Sequence record: NC_054905.1
Length of the DNA: 64,000 bases
Strand: one strand, 5' to 3'
Origin: Enterobacteria phage Kha5h
Shown here: piece by piece, positions 9,793 through 18,862 of the stretch
How positions within the stretch are numbered: the first letter of the stretch is position 1
Layout of the letters: each line of letters starts with the position of its first letter
Position numbers and translations under genes: made by a program
The notes under the pieces: generated by a model
Told to the model about the DNA's origin: nothing
The model's database searches: none
What the model saw: only the letters and a program-made list of their open reading frames with translations

Positions 9793-9816
9793 ATTATACA
9801 ATAAATATATAAAGCA
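9793..9816 (-). promoter_or_regulatory. middle promoter (MotA box TGCTTTA + TATAAT) for gene 56
   Basis: MotA-box-like sequence 11 nt from -10 on minus strand. Confidence 0.5.
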
Positions 9817-9829
9817 ATAAGGAGGACAT

Positions 9830-10030
9830 ATGGTACAAAAATTAATGGCACTTGTTAATGCCATAAAAGGTAATAAAAAGCGTATAGCTTTTACTATTTC
9901 TGCTATGGTAGGAATTTTACTCTGGAACTTTATTCTATCACCTGTTGCAATTGCGCATGGTATTAATATTCCAGTAGTTACTCTTGATACATTTGTAGAT
10001 TTAGCATTTGCTTTAGTTGGGTTGATTTAA
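9830..10030 (+). CDS. small hydrophobic protein (66 aa), plus strand
   Basis: Strong SD AAGGAGG 4 nt before ATG; predicted TM segments; stop overlaps gene 61 stop (TTAA). Confidence 0.45.
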   Translation: MVQKLMALVNAIKGNKKRIAFTISAMVGILLWNFILSPVAIAHGINIPVVTLDTFVDLAFALVGLI

Positions 10031-11055
10031 ATCTTAGCATATTTAGATAGCCGCATTTTAGCCATCAACCCCTGGGCAATATTATTTTTCATATATTCCA
10101 TAATTTGTTCAGGGGTTGCACCTTCCTTTCTAATCATATCATTGACATCTTTTGATTTCCAGGGAGATTTATCCCAAAACATAACCCTTTCTCCTGCATC
10201 AACTAATTTAGTCATTCGCTTAATAGTGTCAGGATGACGAGGTTCATTATCTAAAACCCACACACGTCTATCTTTAAATGGAACAACTTCTAGGTCTAAT
10301 TGACCACCCGTAATAGCTATACCATTTTCAATAAAAAGTGAATCTATAGGTCCTTCTAGAACATATACATCACCATCTTTAACTCGTTCGACTCCATAGA
10401 TTTTTGTTGCTTCAGGATAAGCTTTGATGGTGATATATTTTTGAGGAGCATCTTTCTTTAATGCACGTCCTTGAAAAGACTCAGCTTTTCCATTAGCATT
10501 ATAAATTGGAATAACAAGACGAGGCTCAGAAATTTCCTTTTTGTATGTTCCTGGTGCTATGCTATTAACTAATTTAGGCCATTCGGTTGTAAACCAAAGA
10601 TATTTCCATTTATCCTTTGGAATACAACGAGCTTTTACATATTTTATAATTGCATGGTCTTCCGCCAGTTTATCTAATCGAACACATGACGGAAGAGATT
10701 TAATTATTTTCTTCTCAGGTTGTTTAGGAAGTTCTTTAGGTTTTTCTACTGGACGACTTTTACCTTTTTCTTTTCTTATTTCAAAGATATACTCACGATA
10801 TAAATCAGGTTCAAACTCCTTTAAATATATTCCGATTGGTGCATGATAGTTACAGTTATAACAATGAATATTTCCTTCATTATTATCACCATAATACCAT
10901 CCACGAGCTTTATTCTGGTCGGTTTTTGAATCTCCACAAACAGGACATCTAAACCGTAATTTAAAAGTTGAACTATTATTTACTTGTGTGAATTTAGGTA
11001 AATGAGCTAATGCACGGTATGCAAACTCATTATCAATCCAAGGTATTGATGACAT
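10027..11055 (-). CDS. 61: DNA primase gp61
   Basis: 342 aa; zinc ribbon CPVCGDSK...CYNCNYH; recognised as T4 gp61. Confidence 0.9.
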   Translation of the reverse strand: MSSIPWIDNEFAYRALAHLPKFTQVNNSSTFKLRFRCPVCGDSKTDQNKARGWYYGDNNEGNIHCYNCNYHAPIGIYLKEFEPDLYREYIFEIRKEKGKSRPVEKPKELPKQPEKKIIKSLPSCVRLDKLAEDHAIIKYVKARCIPKDKWKYLWFTTEWPKLVNSIAPGTYKKEISEPRLVIPIYNANGKAESFQGRALKKDAPQKYITIKAYPEATKIYGVERVKDGDVYVLEGPIDSLFIENGIAITGGQLDLEVVPFKDRRVWVLDNEPRHPDTIKRMTKLVDAGERVMFWDKSPWKSKDVNDMIRKEGATPEQIMEYMKNNIAQGLMAKMRLSKYAKI

Positions 11056-11057
11056 TT

Positions 11058-11222
11058 TTACTCTTCTTTTTCTTTAGATTCCTCTTTTTTCTTTTTAGGA
11101 ATCTGCTCAGGGCCTTTATTTACTACAGCGCCTGACGTTGTTCCAGTAGAGATATTTTCAGGATTACCACCTGAATCTCCAGCGACCATATCTTCTTTAA
11201 TAAATTCTTTATATGTTTTCAT
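11058..11222 (-). CDS. small ORF (54 aa) with internal-protein-like N-terminus
   Basis: MKTYKEFIKE start resembles capsid targeting sequence; Lys/Glu-rich tail; 2 nt from gene 61 ATG. Confidence 0.4.
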   Translation of the reverse strand: MKTYKEFIKEDMVAGDSGGNPENISTGTTSGAVVNKGPEQIPKKKKEESKEKEE

Positions 11223-11268
11223 ATTAACCTCTATTCATAAAAGCATTAAAAATTTGGTCATCAATAGA
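11216..11268. repeat. direct repeat copy A (3' end of 118-aa gene)
   Basis: CATATTAACCT(C)TATTCATAAAAGCATTAAAAATTTGGTCATCAATAGA. Confidence 0.8.
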
Positions 11269-11580
11269 TGGAATAGCAACCTTTTCGGCATCATTTAGCA
11301 AATCATTAATTTCATCAGATAGCATAACACATGTGCCTTTATTTCCTGTAATTGTTACTGCACAATTACGAACGTTTTCTTTATCAAATTTTAGGTTAAT
11401 ATTTTCGTAGTGAAAATCCTTTAATGCCGAATATATCTTTAAAATGAAATTGTCTTTTACTACAATAAACCCAACTTCACTATTAAAACGTGGTTCATGG
11501 AAACTGTAATAAACCTTTTCATCTATAAAATCGTATGAAATTTTTTCCATTTTTAAATATGAAAATTCAGAACTATACAT
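11224..11580 (-). CDS. hypothetical protein (118 aa)
   Basis: Track ORF; C-terminal 12 residues shared with next gene. Confidence 0.55.
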   Translation of the reverse strand: MYSSEFSYLKMEKISYDFIDEKVYYSFHEPRFNSEVGFIVVKDNFILKIYSALKDFHYENINLKFDKENVRNCAVTITGNKGTCVMLSDEINDLLNDAEKVAIPSIDDQIFNAFMNRG

Positions 11581-11626
11581 ATTAACCTTTATTCATAAAA
11601 GCATTAAAAATTTGGTCATCAATAGA
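11574..11626. repeat. direct repeat copy B (3' end of 208-aa gene)
   Basis: One mismatch to copy A over ~50 bp. Confidence 0.8.
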
Positions 11627-12208
11627 AACATTTACTTTAGACTGTTTTTCAGATGGCAATTCATATCCACATATTACAATTTTATGATCAATATTAAAAT
11701 ACACAGAAGCAATATGATTAATGATATTTTCAGTGAAGTCTAAATCGACATCAATATCTTTTTGACCAAAGCCCAAAGGATAAATAATGCGAGTAATTCG
11801 ATTATCTTTAACAAAGATTCCACCGACATACTCTGTACTGCGTTTAAAGTCTACACGCCGACGAAATGAAAAATATTCAGGCTCTCTATGAGCTCGGCTC
11901 ATAGGACACAACGAGTAACTAGAATAAGAGATGTCAAATCCTACACCTTCGATATGAGCCAAAGTGTTATGATTAAACCAATTATAATCGTACGCCAAAT
12001 CCATTAGATTATAATATGTAAAAGGCACCGGATTAACATCATTAGTCACAAGCATATAATTAGCAACTGCTATAATTTCATTGTTTTTAACGAATACAAA
12101 CCGTGATTGATGCGAATGACCTGGACCCGCGTTTTCACGATTAATGATATAACACTGGGCACCTTTATATTTGTATGTATCTTTGCACTTGTGCATTTGA
12201 TAGAGCAT
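11582..12208 (-). CDS. hypothetical protein (208 aa)
   Basis: Track ORF; C-terminus SIDDQIFNAFMNKG duplicated in neighbour. Confidence 0.55.
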   Translation of the reverse strand: MLYQMHKCKDTYKYKGAQCYIINRENAGPGHSHQSRFVFVKNNEIIAVANYMLVTNDVNPVPFTYYNLMDLAYDYNWFNHNTLAHIEGVGFDISYSSYSLCPMSRAHREPEYFSFRRRVDFKRSTEYVGGIFVKDNRITRIIYPLGFGQKDIDVDLDFTENIINHIASVYFNIDHKIVICGYELPSEKQSKVNVSIDDQIFNAFMNKG

Positions 12209-12501
12209 TATTCACCTACCACTTCAGCGATGATATTTTTGTTATTAAAGTTTTTATCGCAATACAGAACATAATTATACTGCATTACACCACCAGACTT
12301 AAGTTGTTTTTGCACTTCAGCTTTCATTTCAGGACGATCGCGCTCAACGATATTCATAATATCCGCTTCAATTTGAGTTTCAACTTCAGTCTGATCTGCA
12401 GTCATAGACCATTCACACAAATCTTTATCATATCCTGCCATAGCAGGCTGAGCAGCGCAAGAAGCTAAAGCAAAAATTGTGGCAAAGATAAATTTTTTCA
12501 T
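12208..12501 (-). CDS. putative lipoprotein (97 aa)
   Basis: Signal peptide with lipobox LASC; early promoter 12530-12559. Confidence 0.55.
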   Translation of the reverse strand: MKKFIFATIFALASCAAQPAMAGYDKDLCEWSMTADQTEVETQIEADIMNIVERDRPEMKAEVQKQLKSGGVMQYNYVLYCDKNFNNKNIIAEVVGE

Positions 12502-12529
12502 GATAATCTCCTCAGTAGTTTATGTTTAT

Positions 12530-12559
12530 ATAGTATCTCAATTTCCAACAAAAGTAAAC
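12530..12559 (-). promoter_or_regulatory. early promoter (GTTTAC-N18-TACTAT)
   Basis: Upstream of lipoprotein gene 12208..12501. Confidence 0.55.
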
Positions 12560-12561
12560 AG

Positions 12562-12819
12562 CTATTTTAAAACTTCTGCGTAATCACATGTTACAAACTG
12601 TTTCTCTAGCTTAACGATTTTACGAAAATACCTTTTATACTGACGAATCTGCCTCTTCGTAGGACGTACAGCAAACTTAATAAATTCCACTAGACCAAAT
12701 GGAGGACTTTCTTCTGCTGGAATATCTAACACCAATTCCCACGTATCTGCAATAAGTGCTTTGAATTGCGTATTTTTCCTGACGTTATACGGAGTAGGTT
12801 TAAATAAAACAATATGCAT
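12562..12819 (-). CDS. hypothetical protein (85 aa from MHIVLF)
   Basis: SD GAGGA 4 nt before ATG at 12819, 1 nt after dmd stop; track ORF is longer. Confidence 0.45.
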   Translation of the reverse strand: MHIVLFKPTPYNVRKNTQFKALIADTWELVLDIPAEESPPFGLVEFIKFAVRPTKRQIRQYKRYFRKIVKLEKQFVTCDYAEVLK

Positions 12820-12820
12820 A

Positions 12821-13003
12821 TTATCCTCGGCAATCCACTTCGCACACTTTCTTGTCATCAATGAAAGCTTTAACTAATGCTTTATTAACTTCAGCATACT
12901 GAGTAGTAGCCCATTGAACGTCATCTTTCATCATTGTGGTTTCTTTAGTAAACATGCTTTCATTCTTAAACCACCCCATAAAAACTACCTTTACCAATTC
13001 CAT
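12821..13003 (-). CDS. dmd: Dmd, antitoxin against host RnlA/LsoA RNases
   Basis: 60 aa MELVKVVFMGWFKNESMFTKE..., recognised as T4 Dmd. Confidence 0.8.
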   Translation of the reverse strand: MELVKVVFMGWFKNESMFTKETTMMKDDVQWATTQYAEVNKALVKAFIDDKKVCEVDCRG

Positions 13004-13032
13004 AACAATCTCCTCATTTAACCAACAAGACT

Positions 13033-13062
13033 ACTATACCATAGTCTCGTCAGCTTGTAAAC
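13033..13062 (-). promoter_or_regulatory. early promoter (GTTTAC-N18-TATAGT) for dmd
   Basis: -35 overlaps gene 41 stop codon. Confidence 0.55.
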
Positions 13063-14489
13063 TAAAATTTTAATTCATTCGCCAAAGCATCTAACTGAGC
13101 TCGAGTCGATTCGTTTCTTTGATAGCGATTCTGTTCAGCCTGAATCTGTTGTGAACCTGCTACCTCACTCACTTCAGTTGGAGTAGAATCTTGTTCAATT
13201 TCTACCCATTTCTGATTTCCCTTTTGAACACCCATCAAAAACTTATTCCACTTATTCTTATCGCCATATCGTGATTTGATTTGCTTAATGAGTTGTTGTT
13301 CAGCAGCTGCTAGCTCCTCGGTTTCAATGACCGCAAGCATAAAATCAGCTGTTGCTGGAAGACCAGCAGATTCTGCAATATCGCTCATGTTAACATCAGA
13401 AGAGTCCCAAGCTTGTTTACCGACCTGTGCTGCAGTCCAAAGAACAGTTTCGGTTTCAACAGCCAGAGCACGCAATTCCTCTGCAATAGCTTTAACAGTT
13501 GTGTAACTATTTTCTGAATAAACTCTGATGCGGCAAGATTTACAAATACCTAGATAGTCGACAATAATGATTGTTGGAACAAAATTCTTTTTGAGCTTTA
13601 ATTCATTTAAAAGTGATCGAAATGTATTAGCATCTGCTCCACCAGTAGGGTACTGTTTAACGATTAAACGACCAAGAGTAGATTTCTCACGCCATTTTTC
13701 CATTTTTCCTTTATACTCGGCGTAAGAAATATGTCCATCATCAATATCGTCAAGAGAAACATCGAGCATATTAGCATCAATACGTTTAGCGCAGACTTCT
13801 TCTGCCATTTCCATGGAGATATAAAGAACGTTATGACCAAGCTGCAAATAATCTGCTGCTAATGAACAAAGTCCTAATGATTTACCAACGTTAACGCCAG
13901 CCATTAAAACGTTCAGTGTTCCAGTCTCAGCTCCGCCTTTAGTAATTTTGTTTAGAATTCTGAGTTTAAATGGAACCTTACGAGCTTTATTCATATAAGA
14001 TAGCCAACGCGCTTCGTAGTCATCCATCCAATCATGACCAACGTAACTATCAAATGAAATTGATAATGCTTGGCGCATGATGTCAGGAATAGCACCTACA
14101 TCTGGCATTTTCTTATTTCGTTTTTCCGGAGGAAGCTCAGCATTAGTTTGAATTTCGATTATTTTAGACGTAGCATTAAACATCGCCCTTTGCTGAACAT
14201 ATTTTTCTGTTTCTTTTACTAACCAACTGTGGTCTTCCGGAGAATCAGCTAGTTTTGAAATAAGTGTTTTTACACCAGAATATTCTGTTTCAGTAAATGA
14301 ACTATTTTCTAATGCAACATTTAACGCATTAATAGATGGAACGCTATGATACTCATTGACATGAGATTTAATTAATTTGAATGTATTTTTAGCTGGACCA
14401 CTTTCAAAATATTCTGAATCCATATATGGCCAAACTTTTGAAAAATAAGCTTGATCAAATATGAGATGAGAAAGAATAATTTCTACCAC
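13062..14489 (-). CDS. 41: replicative DNA helicase gp41
   Basis: 475 aa; DnaB-family Walker A GVNVGKS. Confidence 0.95.
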   Translation of the reverse strand: MVEIILSHLIFDQAYFSKVWPYMDSEYFESGPAKNTFKLIKSHVNEYHSVPSINALNVALENSSFTETEYSGVKTLISKLADSPEDHSWLVKETEKYVQQRAMFNATSKIIEIQTNAELPPEKRNKKMPDVGAIPDIMRQALSISFDSYVGHDWMDDYEARWLSYMNKARKVPFKLRILNKITKGGAETGTLNVLMAGVNVGKSLGLCSLAADYLQLGHNVLYISMEMAEEVCAKRIDANMLDVSLDDIDDGHISYAEYKGKMEKWREKSTLGRLIVKQYPTGGADANTFRSLLNELKLKKNFVPTIIIVDYLGICKSCRIRVYSENSYTTVKAIAEELRALAVETETVLWTAAQVGKQAWDSSDVNMSDIAESAGLPATADFMLAVIETEELAAAEQQLIKQIKSRYGDKNKWNKFLMGVQKGNQKWVEIEQDSTPTEVSEVAGSQQIQAEQNRYQRNESTRAQLDALANELKF

Positions 14490-14498
14490 ACTTACTCC

Positions 14499-14858
14499 TT
14501 AAAAGAATTTAAATTTTTTCTTTGACCTTTTATTAAATGCATCTTGCAGTTGCATTGTAATACATTTTTCTACATGAGGAGCTAACTCAGCTTTTCTTTC
14601 TTGGTCAAGAACAGCAAAGTCCATTACAACCTTTCCATCAACCCAATCCAGTTTAGTTACATACACTATATGTGTAGAACCATCTTCTAGTTTAATGACA
14701 ATCTCCTGGATAACATTTTCCATGGCAGATTTAATTATCTTAAGAGACTCGTTAAAAAGACGTTCTTTTCTTTCTTCCCCCTCCGAAGAGGGGGATTCAT
14801 CGATAATTTCTAGATCTAAGTCTAAATCATCTTTATTCATTAAATTCTTCCATATCAC
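14499..14858 (-). CDS. 40: gp40 head-assembly protein
   Basis: 119 aa; position between 41 and uvsX. Confidence 0.6.
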   Translation of the reverse strand: MIWKNLMNKDDLDLDLEIIDESPSSEGEERKERLFNESLKIIKSAMENVIQEIVIKLEDGSTHIVYVTKLDWVDGKVVMDFAVLDQERKAELAPHVEKCITMQLQDAFNKRSKKKFKFF

Positions 14859-16014
14859 TTAACTGCTCGAGGTCAGTTTCTAAATCAGCTGCTGATTTAC
14901 TTTTACTTTCTGGAGATTTAAATTTTTCAACCTTTGAGTTAATCAATTCATCAACTTCAGCTTCAACAATTTCATTACTATCAATAGCACCTAACTGATA
15001 AGCACGTTTAATAGCATCTCGGAATGGTTGATGCTTAAATAAAGGACCCCAGAATGTAGTGCAGTTGGTATCTTTTGCACGCCAAGATTTTTCTTCGCGA
15101 ATCATCTCGCCAGTTTCTTCGTCAAGAAATTCACGAGCATACCAACCATTCTTAGGTTTTACAACAAATCCTAATTCTAGAGCCATATCTAACAATCCAG
15201 AATAAGGATCGATACCACCGTCAAATTTAACATCAATAAAGAATTTACTTTTTTCTTTAACGGTACGAGATTTTTCTACATTTAGAACAAATTGATACCC
15301 CTGAAGATCAGAACCATCTTTAATCTGGCGTTTACCGATAATGAATACAGTATCAGCCGAATACATTACGCCTGTACCACCTGTCATCACGGTTTTACTA
15401 AACATTTCAATTGTTTCAATTGTATGGTTAACCGCAACACATGGAATATTTTTAATGCTAAAATAAGGAGTAACAATACGGAATAATGACTTCAGTGATT
15501 TAGCACGAGTCATATCTGCCACAGATTTTTCATTCAAGGCATCTTCCGTTTCTTTCTTAGAAGCCATATTACCGATTGAGTCGATGAATACAATAACCTT
15601 TTCACCACGCTCAATAGCTTCAAGCTGGTTCACCATATCAATTTTCAGCTGTTCAACTGACTGAATTGGCGTATGAATTACTCGTTCCGGGTCAACTCCC
15701 ATGGATCGTAAATAAGCTGGAGTAATACCAAATTCGCTATCATAGAATAGACAAACCGCGTCAGGATATTTGTTCAAATATGCCGCAACCATAGTCAAAG
15801 ACATATTTGATTTAAAGTGTTTAGAAGGCCCTGCGAAAATAGTTAAACCAGACTGCATGCCGCCATCAATCGCACCAGAAATAGCAATATTAAGCATTGG
15901 GATTTTTGTACGGATTACATCCTTTTCATTAAAGAATTTAGATGTAGTCAGTTCAGCAGTCATTTTAGAAGTGGAAGCTTTAATCAAACGGGATTTTAAA
16001 TCTGCAATAGACAT
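14833..16014 (-). CDS. uvsX: UvsX recombinase (RecA-like)
   Basis: 393 aa; Walker A GPSKHFKS; acidic C-terminal tail. Confidence 0.95.
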   Translation of the reverse strand: MSIADLKSRLIKASTSKMTAELTTSKFFNEKDVIRTKIPMLNIAISGAIDGGMQSGLTIFAGPSKHFKSNMSLTMVAAYLNKYPDAVCLFYDSEFGITPAYLRSMGVDPERVIHTPIQSVEQLKIDMVNQLEAIERGEKVIVFIDSIGNMASKKETEDALNEKSVADMTRAKSLKSLFRIVTPYFSIKNIPCVAVNHTIETIEMFSKTVMTGGTGVMYSADTVFIIGKRQIKDGSDLQGYQFVLNVEKSRTVKEKSKFFIDVKFDGGIDPYSGLLDMALELGFVVKPKNGWYAREFLDEETGEMIREEKSWRAKDTNCTTFWGPLFKHQPFRDAIKRAYQLGAIDSNEIVEAEVDELINSKVEKFKSPESKSKSAADLETDLEQLSDMEEFNE

Positions 16015-16091
16015 TCATTTTTTCCATAGGCATCATTATATTTTCCTCACTGGTTAAAGATAGAGTAATTATAACACAATAAATTTAGGCA

Positions 16092-16940
16092 TTAATCAAC
16101 TGCTATTGGATGAATAGCATTAAACTTATGAAATGCTTCTGATTTTTCTTTACGTGAAACACACATGCGAAGAACCTTTAATGGCTCGTCTTCTTCACCC
16201 AACGATTTTCGTTTTTCAATATTAGAAGTTTTCCAACGAGCTTGCTCTGGAAACTCTCTATTGATTTGCTCAAGCGCTCTATTATGTTTAGAATTACTGC
16301 GAATTGAACTACACCCGCCAGGAGCTTGTGCTTTTCCAGATACAACCAGATATTTGAACAAGGCCAAATGCGGATAACCTTGACTAATTAAATTGAGAAA
16401 TGCATACATATCTTCGCATAAATCAATTTTTCCATACCCAATTTGTTCTGTAGTAAGTTTTCCGAGGTCATACCATGTATTCGTGAATCCATATGAATTT
16501 TCACGATAATTACCCCAAGATGAAGTAATTTTAAAAATAGGTAGACGAGCATGGCCATGATAATACCCACAATCCATGGCATCCTCAACATATTGAATCA
16601 ATTCATAGAACTGTTCATGAGTCAATTGATTGACTTTATCCACACAACGACGGTCATCTCTTTTTCGCATTGAACTCATACGAATAGTAGTATCATCGTC
16701 AATCATCCAAATTCGTTGACCTGCATACATATCAGTAATTGCTTTACGAGTACCGGCAATTCCGTTTACATCATCAGGAATAGTTATAATTTTAGCTCTA
16801 GACCCATAAGCATCATAATAAGCTTTTTCTTCGTGTTCACGCACTACAATATGGGGTTCATAATCAGTCGGAAACATATTAAGGGCAGAAACTGCCCCTA
16901 CACGCTGATAACTTGGAATTACGAATTGAATCATTTCCAC
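16092..16940 (-). CDS. GT-A fold glycosyltransferase at the beta-gt locus (putative beta-alpha-glucosyltransferase)
   Basis: 282 aa; VIPSYQR and DDD motifs typical of family-2 glycosyltransferases; not T4-type beta-gt. Confidence 0.6.
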   Translation of the reverse strand: MEMIQFVIPSYQRVGAVSALNMFPTDYEPHIVVREHEEKAYYDAYGSRAKIITIPDDVNGIAGTRKAITDMYAGQRIWMIDDDTTIRMSSMRKRDDRRCVDKVNQLTHEQFYELIQYVEDAMDCGYYHGHARLPIFKITSSWGNYRENSYGFTNTWYDLGKLTTEQIGYGKIDLCEDMYAFLNLISQGYPHLALFKYLVVSGKAQAPGGCSSIRSNSKHNRALEQINREFPEQARWKTSNIEKRKSLGEEDEPLKVLRMCVSRKEKSEAFHKFNAIHPIAVD

Positions 16941-17671
16941 TCACCGTTATAATCTTTTTTCACAATATGAGTTTCGCCAGTATTCCACCAATGATCAACC
17001 AAGTAAAAATGACGAGAATATACATGAAGACTTCCAACATTCCATATAATAGAACCTGCTTTATACTGACGAGTTGAATCGCCTGCATTCAAATCAGATA
17101 CTAATTTATCTAATACGTATTTTTGCCATGCATAATCATTACGGAATCCGAAGACCACGTCATTTGAGCGCATGCTTACTACTGCATTGACTTTCTTATC
17201 ACGAATCAGGTACTGTACTGTATTAGTACACATGAAATCTGACATACCATCTTTATTGTAGTCAAATTGCATGGATGGACGAGTATAAATCATGATACCA
17301 CGCCGAGAATCAGGATTTTGACCAAGTTCAGCTAAACACATATCATACTGGGCATAGTTATCTTCTGACCAAATAGCCCAACCATAATTCGAGTTAATTT
17401 CGCCTTTAGAAGATGCTACCTGCTGCCAAATCTTTGGTGTTTCACCTGGAATATCTTTAACAAACAAGCTCTTAGATTTATACCATTCAAGTTCGCGCTG
17501 AATGTATTCATCATTAAGAGCGCCAAAAATAAACGGTTCATCTGCTACAAATGATGCGCCAATAATTTCAATAGTTTTAACACCAGTTTTATCAACTACG
17601 AAATCTTTTTCCTTTAATGCAAGCCCCAAATGAAGACGGATTTCTTCAACTGTCATAGAGTCACTAATCAT
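16931..17671 (-). CDS. 42: dCMP hydroxymethylase gp42
   Basis: 246 aa; thymidylate-synthase-like; recognised as T4 gp42. Confidence 0.9.
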   Translation of the reverse strand: MISDSMTVEEIRLHLGLALKEKDFVVDKTGVKTIEIIGASFVADEPFIFGALNDEYIQRELEWYKSKSLFVKDIPGETPKIWQQVASSKGEINSNYGWAIWSEDNYAQYDMCLAELGQNPDSRRGIMIYTRPSMQFDYNKDGMSDFMCTNTVQYLIRDKKVNAVVSMRSNDVVFGFRNDYAWQKYVLDKLVSDLNAGDSTRQYKAGSIIWNVGSLHVYSRHFYLVDHWWNTGETHIVKKDYNGEWK

Positions 17672-17697
17672 TTAAACCTCAATTGATGCATTCATAT

Positions 17698-17829
17698 TTA
17701 AATTGTAACAGTAATAAACCCCACCCCTATGATAAGAGTTGGAATCATAGCAGGAACTGTTACGCTATAGTATATACTTATTATAACCATCAAGATTAAA
17801 AGCAACACTGTTATAATTTTGCTTTTCAT
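17698..17829 (-). CDS. small hydrophobic peptide (43 aa) below track cutoff
   Basis: ATG overlaps imm stop (ATGA); MKSKIITVLLLILMVIISIYYSVTVPAMIPTLIIGVGFITVTI. Confidence 0.35.
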   Translation of the reverse strand: MKSKIITVLLLILMVIISIYYSVTVPAMIPTLIIGVGFITVTI

Positions 17830-18077
17830 TCTTTCTCTCTGATGATAATTACCTGATTTGGCTGTGCAGACTTTTTAGTTTCACCAGCAATTGACCAAAT
17901 AAATGTAATAAACCAACCAATAATTGACCAGTTAAACAGTAAAGATGTGAAAAAGATTCCTACTGTCGATTTTGACCCACGCATCAAGGCGATAAACCAT
18001 GGAAGCATGTATATAATAATAGCCAACACACCTGAAACTAAAACCATAAAAATTGAACCTGCTACTAAAGTTTCCAT
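17826..18077 (-). CDS. imm: superinfection immunity protein Imm
   Basis: 83 aa, two TM helices; recognised as T4 Imm. Confidence 0.85.
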   Translation of the reverse strand: METLVAGSIFMVLVSGVLAIIIYMLPWFIALMRGSKSTVGIFFTSLLFNWSIIGWFITFIWSIAGETKKSAQPNQVIIIREKE

Positions 18078-18084
18078 GTTTTCC

Positions 18085-18465
18085 TCACTTAGTCAAATTT
18101 TTTACACATGAATTATAAGAATTCACTACATACTCCATCGGAGCATTTTTACCAGTACGCCATTGGTAATTATTAGCCCAATTAGCCCAAATTTCGGCGC
18201 AGTAGTTTTCAATTTTTTCTTCGCGTGTAATTACATCAGAATTACGATATGCTTGAGCAGATTCATCTGGACGAATAGCTTCGTCAAAATTCGCCTGCAT
18301 TTGTTCGACTGTTTGCTTTGGAGCTTCTTTATAACACTTGACATTAGGATTATAAAATTTGCTTGAACAGTTTACAATTTTTCCTACATCAGACTGATTT
18401 ACTACCGGTCCTTGAGCTACACAACCAGTAAGACCTAATGCAATAACCAAAATAGCGATTTTCAT
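18085..18465 (-). CDS. putative lipoprotein (imm.1 position)
   Basis: Signal peptide with lipobox LTGC; 126 aa. Confidence 0.55.
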   Translation of the reverse strand: MKIAILVIALGLTGCVAQGPVVNQSDVGKIVNCSSKFYNPNVKCYKEAPKQTVEQMQANFDEAIRPDESAQAYRNSDVITREEKIENYCAEIWANWANNYQWRTGKNAPMEYVVNSYNSCVKNLTK

Positions 18466-18475
18466 AATAATTTCC

Positions 18476-18724
18476 TCAAATGCAAGTAGTAATTACTCCA
18501 GTAGTGCTTATGCAGGTATTACCCATTTGCACACCTAAAGATCCATTTGTATTCACATGAAGATTATCATCAATTTTAACTGATATTTTACCATTAGTGT
18601 GAATAACGGTGCTAGATTCAATCACAGGTTGAGTATCATTTTCAACACTAACAAATGGAACTGCTGCTAATGCAACTAAACAAACTGCTAAGCATCCCAT
18701 AACAATTTTCATTTTATTCTCCAA
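18476..18724 (-). CDS. small secreted protein
   Basis: 82 aa with N-terminal signal-like hydrophobic segment; conserved promoter-leader upstream. Confidence 0.5.
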   Translation of the reverse strand: MENKMKIVMGCLAVCLVALAAVPFVSVENDTQPVIESSTVIHTNGKISVKIDDNLHVNTNGSLGVQMGNTCISTTGVITTCI

Positions 18725-18746
18725 ATCCGTATTAGTTGATAGTTGT

Positions 18747-18776
18747 ATAGTACCATGGAAGAACAGTCTTGTAAAC
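18747..18776 (-). promoter_or_regulatory. early promoter with conserved 22-bp -10/leader element
   Basis: GTTTAC-N18-TACTAT; element AGTTGATAGTTGTATAGTACCA at 18734-18755. Confidence 0.6.
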
Positions 18777-18862
18777 AGTTTTGTGAAAATTTTTTAGGGA
18801 ATTCTAAAGGTCCAGAATCATCTGTTTTTCATAAGTATAGATTTATATTACTTGTATGAAAA

